Source of the DNA: Chrysomallon squamiferum
Taxonomy: Eukaryota > Animalia > Mollusca
Assembly: GCA_012295275.1 (NCBI GenBank)
Contig: CM022675.1
Span: 11,780,001-11,844,000 of the forward strand
Length of the DNA stretch: 64,000 nucleotides
Direction: 5' to 3'
The notes under the pieces were generated by a model. The model did no database searches and was not told the DNA's origin. It worked only from the letters and a program-made list of their open reading frames with translations. This document shows positions 53,701-64,000 of the stretch, in pieces (the first letter of the stretch is position 1; every line of letters begins with the position of its first letter). Position numbers and translations under genes: made by a program.

Positions 53701-56700
53701 TAGAAGATTTCTCTGCATGATCTTCACTGATGCTCCCATTAATATTTTCCTTTGAAGCTGTAATTTCTGTGGATGCATCCAAATCTTTATCTTCCTCTTT
53801 CTTCCCTAAACTTTTATCCGACATTCTTCTATGAGAAGCGTCTTGATCTTCAGCATATTCCGTTGTACGCTCCTCATCTTTCAGTTGTAAATCTCCGTCT
53901 ACTAAGACATCAGCTTTTTTCTTACTGTCTAATAAATCAGTTTGATCCTCAGAAACTGTCTTCGTTTCAGCGACCTCAGTTTCGTCTGTAATTTTGCTCA
54001 AGGGTTCGCCTGTGACAGATCCAACGACTACAACTCCACCTCTTTCAGTATCTTCTTTCTTTTTTTCAACACCCAGTTTGTGTTTCGATTTCCTACGCTG
54101 TTTAGGCCCGGTATGCAACTTTTCTTCTTTCTTTCCACCTGGAATCGAATCAGTCGTAGAATGCTGTTTAGAAGTTTCGTGTCTTGAAAGATCGGTTTTT
54201 CCTGTAACATCCACATGATAATGCGAATCTTTCACGTGTGGTTGTTTTGCTGCTGCATCTTTAGATTCTTCTTTGTGCTTTGTTTTCTCGACATTTTGTT
54301 TTTGTTTAGGTACAGAACGAGGACTAGTGATTGATTTTAAGGTTTTTCTCTTTTCTTCGACATCTTTGTGATCTGCTACAGTTACAACATGAGGGTACAA
54401 GTTTCCTAAAGACTCTTTCCGTTTACTTTTCACTTCTCCTGATGTTTTGACTGCTCCATCTTCCGTTTTTCCTGCGGGTTTTGTATCATCTTCACTCGAT
54501 AATGCTTCAGTAGGTCTGTCAGAACGGATGATCGTTTGTCCCTCAATAACTAATTTAGAACTCAACGGTCTCTCACGAGTTAAACTATTTCTTTTGACGA
54601 AGTCTTTCTTTTCTTCCATGAACTCATCGTATCTGGATTTCCTAGAGCTTCTGCCGTCATCTTGTTCTTGTTCTTGATCTTCCGACGCAGATTTTTCCTC
54701 CGTCAAATCAGTGGCGTCTACGCTTGGGATAACAACGTCCTTGTCTCCGTGGGATTCAACTTTATCCATTTCATACTTCATCGTTTCCTCTTTGATCTGG
54801 TCAAGCCTGTCGAAGAACTCCTCGGTATTTTCCGTTTGCAGCTTTGCTATGTGATCCAAGTTCATCTGCAGTTCCGTCTCTTCCGTGGACAAACCGATCT
54901 TCGATCCACGTCTCAGCTTGGACATCCCGGCGTAAGAACTTCTTCGAGCAGGAGAAACGGGACCTCTGGCCGGCGACACTGACATGCTGCTGGAACGAGA
55001 GCGACTTGCCGATGTCGCAGACGAATACGCCGTGTCTCGATAATTCAGAAACGTTTTCAGGTGTTTGACCTTAGCAGGCGATACTGAATCCTTTCTTGAG
55101 CGCGCTGGACTTATCGGTTTAAAAGGAGAACGCAACACTTTCAGATTCTGTTGTCCTTCGGTAGATAATTTGTTCTTGTCTTCTAAAGCCAAACTCTCTT
55201 TCTGTTTGATGTCTTGCAGTTTCTTGTACAACTTCATTGTCGGCGAGGCCTGAAAACCTGGCTTACTAAACACCATGCATCTTTGATCTATTTCTTCCTG
55301 GCTTTCTTCTTCTTTTTCTTTTTCTTTTTCTTCTTCTGCTTGGCTTTGAATAATCTTCAGTGAGACGTTACTTTTTTCCCGTTCTTTCTTACTTTCTGGT
55401 TTCAAGTTTTTCGATTTGTTTTTTCTCAAATGTCTCTTCCTCCTTTTCTTCCTTTATTCCCTGTATTTTCTAGGAGTTATATCCTCATCGGATTCTTTGT
55501 TAAGTTTATACAGTTCTAATTTTTCCACTAGGGATGTTTTCCTTTTCTGAATGTTGAGTGGTGTTTGAACTGACGTCTGGTAACTTGTTGACCCGGCAAT
55601 GTCCTGTTTCAGTCGAGGACTGAGCGTAGGCATCTGATAATCGTGCTTTTTCGATTTTACAGACGTCTGCGATTTTTGCCGTGGGGTTGTAGCAAAAGTT
55701 GTAACGTCTGCGCATATGGCGCTGGAGTCGCCTCTGTTTTCTTCCTTGGAGTAGTTGCAGTTGCTTCATGAGATGTTTTTGTGTGTTTCACAGGTTTTCT
55801 TCTGGGCGTTGAAGTGACGAAGTCGAGACCTGGTTGTTTCATCGATGATGAAAACTGACCAATGTCAGGTAACGTGGTTGCGTGTACTGATCTGATCGGC
55901 TTTTGTGATTTATATTTCAGTACGTCTCGAGCTTCTGCTAAAGACATTAAGGCTGTCTGTCGTGGTGGTACAGTGAGCTTCTCTTTGTACGGTGCTTTCA
56001 GCACTGGCGTTATTAATGTTTGCTGTCTTGGCGATACGACCATTTTCTCGCTGTGAGGCAATTTTAACGACAGAGAAGTGAGAGTTCGCTGTCGCGGTGT
56101 GATGCTAGGAGCTCTCTCTGACTTCGACGTCAGAGAAATCTGCGACTTCTGTCTCGGCGTTCTCTGAGTGTTTGACCTCGAAGACACGGGAGTCTGGGCC
56201 GCCTTCCTTGGGGTTCCAAAAGCATTCATCAGCGGAGCCGTGGGCGTGTACGCCGTCTTCTGACGCGTGAGCTTCTGCTTGTAGACGTTCATCACTGTAC
56301 TCGCCGATCTGACTCGCTCCACGGTGCTGTCTCGTCTTCCCACGACGCCCTCGCTCTTGCTTCGTCTCAGCTCCATGTCTTTGTCTGTCTTGCCTCTGCC
56401 CAACCCTGATCGAGCTGCCCACGTCGATCCCATCTTAGATTTCTCTCTCATCTGCAGCGAAAACTCCGGTTTGTATATCGACTTGGGACCTGACGCGTCC
56501 CGTCTGGGAGACTTTTTCGTTTTAGTCTTTTGATGCTGCTCCTCCGCTTTCTTATCCACCTGGTCTGATGTGCCAGTTCGTTTCAGGTCGGAATATGATT
56601 TGGTTCCTGATTCTGGAACAATTAATTGGAATTTTCTGCTTTTACTGTGCAACGTTATGCTCGGTGGGTCCGACTCCAGGATTCCTTCAATGTCCGATTT

Positions 56701-59700
56701 TCTAACGACTTTAGTCCGAGCTAAAATGCCGTCGATTTCACTTTGATCGTCCGTGGAATCAGACAGAAGAAATCGCGTGACACGCACTGGTCTTTCCTTA
56801 AAAGACGTCGACAAATTGTGCTCACTAGCTTCCCTTATTATAGACGTTGTCATAATCCCTCCTTTCTTCGGCATTGCTGGCCTGATAAGCATTCCACTTT
56901 CTTTCTTTAGTTTAAGATCAGAAAATTGAATTTCCTTCTCCTTGCTGATCTTTTCAGTTGGGAAGCCGCCAGAAGCATGAGAAGTACGTCCTGTGGTATC
57001 TTGAGCTAAAGCTTTTTCTTCAGAATCGCTTCCATAACGAACTTTGGCGTTAAAGATTTGATCATCTGCTGCAATGTAGTGTTTTTTAATACTTTCTTCC
57101 TCAACTTGTTCCTTAGTGGAATCCTTTTCTGAATACGTCAGACCAACGTCTGCATCAACTGTGGACTCGTCGACAATCACGACTTCATAGTCAAGCTTAT
57201 CATTAATGCCATCACCAGCCTCTGAAAGCTCCATTCTATTTTCTTGCGAAATGATTGGACAAGCAACGACTGTGCCATTTTTCTTAGCATCGGCTTCTAC
57301 CTCTTTCTGTTCACTGGATAAATCAGAATCGTCTTTTTCTGCACCTTCGACTAGTTTGGTTGCAGATCCTTTTTCTCCGTTCAGTTTATCTGCTAACGTG
57401 TTCTCAGTATTTTGTAATTTGGCGATCAAAAATCGATATTCTCATCTTTCACTTCAGCATTAAGTTCTTTAGACTCTACGTCCAAATGTTTCAGATTGTC
57501 TTCGGTTACAGCAGGTACATCAGTTGTGTTTAAATCATCATTTTGTTGTTCTGTAGTTCTTTCTTCGGGATGTGTCTCCACATCTATGTCTATTTTATTA
57601 GCCTCTTCGTCATCTTTAACAGGAGGTGTTCCTGGAGCGTTAACTTCTCTTTCTGTTTCAAACTGGCCAGACGATACATAGGTTTTTCTTGCTGATGATC
57701 GTTTTAATATACGCCTGTTTCCTTGCATTGTCCTTGGTGTATCTGATCGTGACATTGTGTCGGTTTCAAACCTGCTGCTTCTAGAAGAAAAACTGGATCT
57801 TGCCGGCAAAGAGGTTCTTCTGATGGCTTTCAGATTTGACCTCGGTGCTGACCTGCTGCGATCGGCATCAAACCTTCTGGATCTGGATACAATTCTAGAT
57901 CTCGATCTCGATCTTGGAAAATGCGTGTTTTCTCCTGCTGCTTTTTCTTTCTGGATTTTCGGTGACACAAAACCGTTTTCTCCATCGCTGATCGATGTCA
58001 CTTTTAACTCATCTAGATTAGCACTCTCTGTTGCATCAGCTCCATGTTCTAAGTTTGGGTCTATCTGTATATCTGTCTCCGTATCTTTATCTTCAACAGG
58101 TCCATCTTTAGAAGCTTCTTCTGCTTCGGTATTCAAAACCTTTTCTTCATTACTTTCGGCTGCAATGATTTCTGCAGCTGCTGCAGATTGAGATGTCGAC
58201 AGTTCTGCTCTCGTTCCTGTTGCAGCATCTTCTGCGAACGTTTCCTTCTTATCATCAAATTCGTTAGCTTCGTCAGGATGCGTATGAACATCTTCGTTAT
58301 TTTGTTGCGAGAATTCGTCCTCGTTCATCGCGTTAATAAACAAAGTCCTTTCAACATCGTCCCACTGGTCGTTTTCTGTCGGGCTTTCGTCCACGGTTTC
58401 TTCCGAGGTTTCGTCGTGTTCTTTGATAGAATTCATCGCGCTCTCAGACAAACTGCTAGACCGTCCATTCAGACTTCTACTTCGTTTCGATTTACCTTTG
58501 CGCGATTTCTTCTTGACAACTTGGAATTTGCTGATTATGGCTTTCTTAGCCTTGTCTTCGTCGCTGTCTTGTGGTATATCAGTTTCGTTTGGAGTTTCCA
58601 GGATTTCAGGTTCCAAAACCTTCTCGGTTTCTAAAGTTTCCTCAGCAACCAAAGTATTCTCAGCAACTAAGGCGGACTCTGTGTCCAAGGTTACTGCATC
58701 TTTCCCATCTGTATTTGAAGGCACTATGGGCGATTCGTCTAGAGCTGGAATATCTGTTTCCATATTCTCTGCTGTTGAACTATCTTCAATTTCAGTGCCT
58801 TCTTTGACGTTTAAATAACTGTCTTTGCTAGTAAAACTTGTATCGACGTCTGCAGTTTTTGTGTCTTTCAGCCTCGTCCAAAACGTCTTTGAAATCTGTT
58901 CCCTGGATTTGCTGAACCTCGAGCGACGTTCCGTCTGTTCTTTAAGTTTTAGCGCGATTTTCTGTTTCCTGGTGAGCTTTTTCACTATGACGTCAGAACC
59001 TTTGTCTTCTTCGTCTGACGTTATAATCGGTTCGGGTTCTGGGTCTTCTTCCACAATTGGCGTTACTATGGTAACGCCACGCCGTTGCCTTGTCGCTTTC
59101 GGTGGGCCTTTGGTCAAAGGCAACACGTCGGCTTTATGTCCTGATTGGCTAATACCAGCATTTCCTTTGACGTCATCAACTCGGGATTAGTCGATATAAG
59201 CGACGCACCTCTGAACCTCAAACTTTGTTGATTTGGAATCATTGTGATCTTTGCGACATCTTCGACGATTTTGTCCGTTGATTTTATCAGGTTTCTCCTG
59301 GGACTCGGTTTGCCGAGACGTTCGTGAACCTGTGGGCCAGATTCTCTGTGAAGGGGAATGTGTAATTCGGAACTCTGCTTTTTCTCACTTTTTGCGTTGT
59401 CCTCACTTTTCTTTACACCAATGACAGACGAATCAGAAACAGGATCACTAGAAAATCCTTCCGTTACGTCATCCTTATCCTGTGCAAGTGTCTTCGACTT
59501 TTCTTTTTCACCTTCCTCGTTTAACAGACGAGTTTTGCTTTCGCTCCTTACACTATCCTCGTCTGCAACGACAACACCATTATCTGCAACACTGCTGTCC
59601 TTTATTTCTTTTTCAGAATCTTTTTCCTGTCCTGCTTCAGAATCCTCTTTTTCTTTTTTAACAATTTCACCTAGTTCACCGCCATCTTTGTCCTTGCCGT

Positions 59701-60261
59701 TAACTTCCTGCGGTGATTCTAGTGTCACTGAAGACTGTGGCAAAGACAGACTCTCCATTTGTGAATCGACAGTTACATCATCAGCAATTAAACCCACATC
59801 TGTTTTAGCATCTCCACCACTTTCCGGATGAGCATCGTTTTCTGATTTTCCTTTTTCTGAAACACTCTCTTTCCTCAATTCTTTTTGCTCGTCAACTCGT
59901 TCTTCGCCAACATTCGGCTTTTCCACCTCTTCCCCGACCTCTGATTCACGTTCAGGATGTGTTATCCCACTTGCCACAGCAGACTGGTTCCCATCTGTTC
60001 CGCTGTCCACAAGACGTTCTCTCGGAGTCTTCTGGTCCTGTGAATCGTAGTCGGTTTCGTAATCGGTGAATTCTTTGTCGGTGTCGTAAGACGAATCTAG
60101 CTTCTGTGATGAGATGAGAGGCCGCATGGAAGCGACTTTTCTTCTAGGGTATCCCGTCCGGTTCTGACTCAGTTTTCTTGCTTGTTTTCTTTCCATCAGG
60201 GTGATGTGCTTGTTCAGGTTTTCCATTGCTTGGGTTATCGCTGCTACTGTTTCTTGGTCAT
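44709..60261 (-). CDS. Giant terminal coding exon of the TTC25-like paralog (about 15.5 kb, about 5,200 aa, rich in E/D/K/S/R, predicted disordered), interrupted by small indels
   Basis: Abutting or overlapping minus-strand ORFs 59114-60226, 57426-59126, 55657-57429, 53234-55429, 50461-53259, 49502-50275, 47392-49560, 46473-47288, 46067-46462 and 44947-46074, plus a final frame to 44709. No AT-rich or microsatellite intron-like gap occurs in this stretch, unlike the real introns elsewhere in the window. Confidence 0.8.
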
Positions 60262-60282
60262 CTGATAAAATAATAATAATAA

Positions 60283-60316
<34 letters not shown>

Positions 60317-63300
60317 ATACCGTTTACTTGATATGAACTTTCGTTTCTGTACGTGGTAAAGATTCTAAACTTGTAAATTAATTATTATGTTTGTGTGTAG
60401 TTGTTTTGGCATTCTATCTATCTATCTATCTATCTATTAGTGTGTGAATGAATTACGTGAGACTATTAATAAAAACGTGTTCATACCTTTTATTTTAGCC
60501 ATATCCAGAGCCATCTCAAATGCTCTGTAGGATTCTGAATACTTCTTCAGTTTTGCTGAAAATAATCACGTACAAATTCTAGAAATATCTGTCAAACAAA
60601 ATATATACTCTACCACAACAAATGATGCTTATTTACAGAAATGCAATTAATCCAGGTGTTTCCACAATATACTTTCGAATATTAAATTATTTCCCGATCT
60701 AGAAAGTACTCAGTAATTAGTGTATTAAAATGCCAAGGCTTTCTTATCGTACGGAAATGTCAATCATGCTGCTAATCAAAAGAGAACCCTATAGTACATC
60801 CTATTTATTATTATCATTCCATTAATGACTATCTGATAACATTAGAAATTATACACACGAATTCACATATGTAAAAGCTATATATATATATATATATATT
60901 TAATATTTTAATAATAATCCCATATTTGCTCCCTCATCGCTTGCCTCAGTGTTTTTAAAATATAGGCCAATATTAATTAATAATTTGTTTCTCACCTTCC
61001 GCCATGGCCAGAAGGAGACATGACTGAAACTGGTAGTGATCTATTTTCGCATCCTGGGCCGCGTGCAGAGCCTTCTTCCCACAATCCCTTGCGTAATCGT
61101 AATGGTCAAGCGCGATAAAGCACGTTCCGATCTCGAGGAAACACCAGGCGACTTCCGTGGACACGCGACACAGCGGAACTTTCCTCGACAAACTGAGAAA
61201 TGAAAACGTTTTTTTTTTTGCAAAATGGAAAAATTCAGAACAGACCTGGATTTGGCAAAGAAGGATGATGCTGAAATATCGCGTGGGTTTTTATCTGTCT
61301 ATTAATTAAACTCGAAAACCAGACCAGTTTTACTTGTCAGGTTGTTAACGTCACCGTAACACACTGGTTTTGTCATAAAATTAATTTTTATCCTTTAACT
61401 CTTAACGCTGCTATTACTGGCTAAGTCCTTAGTTTATTACTTGTACAACAGTCATCATTTTAATAATTATCACAACTATCTTCATCAACGATGTGACGTT
61501 GGTACAACGATTATCAACTGTATGAAACGTTCTGGCTGAAGATTTGCAAATGTCGTCAGGAATTTCATGAAATCGTCAAACGCGAAATGCCGACAAGAAT
61601 ATCACCGCTTATGCAATTCATTTTCAGTTTTAAAAGAATCTGTCAAAAAGGAAACAAGTACCATTCCTCTAACAACAAATCTGTAACAACTATACCAATG
61701 TATTTACTGAAATCCATTACTCATCAACACAACAACCTTCTTCTCACAGTCCTGAACAAAGAAAGTTTCCTGTAGTCAGTATCCTTAGTTTTACTTTCCT
61801 ATTTGACAGTCTTAGTTTTTATTTGTTAAAAAAACAAATCAATATAATAATGTATCTTCGTTAAAGGGATAGTTTAATCTAATTTACAGAATGTCGAGTT
61901 ATCAGTATACAAACCACACCTATGACGTCTGACATTTTAACTTGGCAGTTCTTTTCGGTATATGGGACTTGGCAATCACGGATTTACGGTAATGAAATAG
62001 ATAAGTAGCTTAGTACATTGGCACGAGTTTCTAATTAAATATTATCCCGTATGGAACCGAAGCCAAACCAGAGAATTTTGACCCAACGTTCTGCGTCAAT
62101 TATTGTTAGATTTGTTTTAATTTTTTTTTTTTTTTCATGTTCTGATTATTCATCTGCAACTCTTGGACATTCCCAGAATCGTCAGAAATATGGTCATTAT
62201 AATAAATACAACTGAAATATGACTATTCAAAAAAAAAAGAAAAAAAAAGAACAGCAGTTAAAATATGGTTGCCGACAGAAACACGAATAAAAGGAAAAGC
62301 TATTCGGTGAAACAGAAATAAAGATAAGGCTTTTCAGAATTGGCAACTACAAAGTCTACGCATGAAAAGTATTTAGGTGAATACCCTCCAGTGAATATGA
62401 CAAAGTATATAACCATATCCAGTTGTGTGTTTTTGTGTGTGTAAATCTTTGGTCGCATGTCTTAGAGTAAAGTCTGTTTAGCATGAATGATACTGTTTCA
62501 TAGTTGGCCACAGAAAGAAAAAACTGAATTTCGTTATTCCAGTTCTCTTTACTGTATAATACAGTCTTACAGTCAGTGAAAAGATTAAGCTCATTTGTTC
62601 TTCCATGAATGAGAAAATATCAAGAATAAAAAAAAGAAGTTGAGATATTACTATTAATTAAATATAATGGACAATATTTTGCTGATACAGTGTCTAAATG
62701 GAAAGAAAAAAATACGGATGTTCAAAGTTTTGAATAACAGAACGACTGAGAAGATGATTAAACACATTTATTGGAAATCAAAAGATTCCTTTCATTTTAT
62801 CCCATCAAAAACAGTGACAAATTAATAATCGTATTATCGGATGGTCAGATCTTTCGTAGTTTTAATTTGGATTGTTATCCGTCATGTTCAGGAAGTATAT
62901 TTTAGCCACAGTAGTGTGGTTTAAACGTATTTCCATGTATAGTTTGTAAAATCAGATACAACATTGTGCAAAGCATGTAAAAAGACTGTCAAATTATGTT
63001 GCTGTAAATATTTCATTTTTGTTGTCTTTAAATTATCGTTTTCGGTTGTAAAGATTACTAAATGATAGGATTTTCTTTCTCTGTTCTCTATTTTTTCAAA
63101 CGTGAGAGAGAACGCACCTAAGAACATTTCCTGATTATAATTACATTCTGTTATGTATACATTTTACACAATTGGTCACTATAAAGAAGGAAACTAGAGA
63201 ACTGCCACGGTGTGAATGTATATTTTATAATCGAGCTGTTTATCAACTTTCTGAGTGTTACACAAAATCGTGCTGTATGTAAACGACATTATTTCATTTT

Positions 63301-63770
63301 CTTAAATTAACAGACAAGTAACCAATAGAAATTCAGTGCAGCCGTGTTTACGACTACTATTTTCAGTATTAATTAACAACTACTACTGATATAGCTATTA
63401 CTACTGCTAATATTGATGATCCAGCACCAACTACAACTACAACTATTTCTTTTTCTAGACTGTTCTTGCTGTTGCCTCTGTATCGCTGTTACTGCTACAA
63501 CTACTACTACTGTGTCTAGTATAGTTATTAATAACATTAGTGCTGCTTTAACTACTACGACTTTTACTGTCACAAGACCAGTTGCTACTGCTTCCGATAC
63601 TATAACTGTTACTACTACTACTACTACTACAACTACTACTACTACTACTGCTCTTATTTGAAAAAATATGTAAATCAACGTACGCATTCAGTGCTTTGTT
63701 ATATTTCTTCATCAGGATGTACATTCTTCCAAGATTACCGAGAGCTCTTGATGTTACTTCCTGCATTCCC
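44709..63770 (-). CDS. TTC25/ODAD4-like TPR paralog with a giant low-complexity C-terminal tail; 5'-partial (upstream exons lie beyond the window end)
   Basis: Exons 63770-63684 (GMQEVTSRALGNLGRMYILMKKYNKALNA, 87 nt), 61192-60996 (LSRKVPLCRVSTEVAWCFLEIGTC..QFQSCLLLAMAE, 197 nt) and 60555-60487 (AKLKKYSESYRAFEMALDMAKIK, 69 nt) align to TTC25 exons 8-10 with identical lengths and phases. The next acceptor at 60261 opens DDQETVAAITQAMENLNKHI (compare GDVSAQNAIKKAIADVNHKI in TTC25). A chain of overlapping long ORFs follows, ending at TAG 44711-44709. Confidence 0.85.
45100..51450 (-). repeat. Coding tandem repeat array, about 22 units mostly of 228-396 nt (consensus ..KSRHSRRRHSHASREPSTDLTEQKPELVKENTMESVADDDTDRKHSRRSRQSRREHSNLS..)
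   Basis: The core ctaggttctctgc, or a close variant, starts on + at 45173, 45401, 45638, 45875, 46125, 46507, 46768, 47017, 47272, 47540, 47789, 48038, 48287, 48671, 48914, 49163, 49418, 49815, 50199, 51038 and 51371, with a degenerate copy near 50590. Confidence 0.95.
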
Positions 63771-64000
63771 CTGTAAAATAAATAAAATAATATAAAATAA
63801 AATAAAATAAAATAAAATAAATAGGCTCATGTTTCTGCTCTATATTAAAATGCATCTCTCATAACATGTATCTCTCGAACGATCAACTAAATGCCTTTTT
63901 TTTTTTAAATCCTTCAGTGTGTTTCTTTTATTTCGATATATCAACCTTTGCTAAAAATAAAGTATGAATAAATAAACATACAAAGAAAGAAAGAAGCCAA

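Noticed and set aside
44940-59220. Programmed ribosomal frameshifting as the explanation for the frame breaks
   Set aside because: There are too many sites, in both directions, with no shared slippery motif. Sister repeat units lack the shifts.
44738-59831. Plus-strand Ser/Leu/Phe-rich ORFs (for example 51308-51886, 53271-53720, 59358-59831)
   Set aside because: They are antisense shadows of the E/K/D/R-rich minus-strand coding frame.
44709-60261. Chain of long ORFs read as a transposon, endogenous virus or several separate genes
   Set aside because: No RT, integrase, transposase or capsid motifs and no LTR/TIR were seen. The ORFs abut at 1-2 nt shifts, and the first is spliced to TPR exons.

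Overview
This is eukaryotic, very AT-rich and microsatellite-dense DNA, probably from a lophotrochozoan such as a gastropod mollusc (taxon is inference). Reading the splice junctions by hand gives three spliced genes, all on the minus strand. (1) A complete 12-exon TTC25/ODAD4 outer-dynein-arm docking complex TPR gene, CDS 13306->4840, about 585 aa, with an RFX X-box upstream. (2) A complete invertebrate-type contactin with 24 coding exons (signal peptide, C-type lectin, 6 Ig, 4 FN3, GPI signal), CDS 32437->15678, about 1220 aa, carrying one apparent frameshift and a diverged tandem duplicate of an FN3 exon end. (3) The 3' part of a second, divergent TTC25-like paralog whose last three TPR exons match gene 1 exactly in size and phase (87/197/69 nt). 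Its next exon has grown from 339 nt into an intron-free coding stretch of about 15.5 kb (60261->44709, about 5,200 aa). That tail is charged and low-complexity and ends in about 22 Arg/Ser/His-acidic repeats of 76-132 aa. It is broken by about a dozen 1-2 nt indels that look like long-read consensus errors. Most short ORFs in the supplied track are microsatellite or antisense artefacts. No rRNA, tRNA gene, CRISPR array or autonomous transposon was found.
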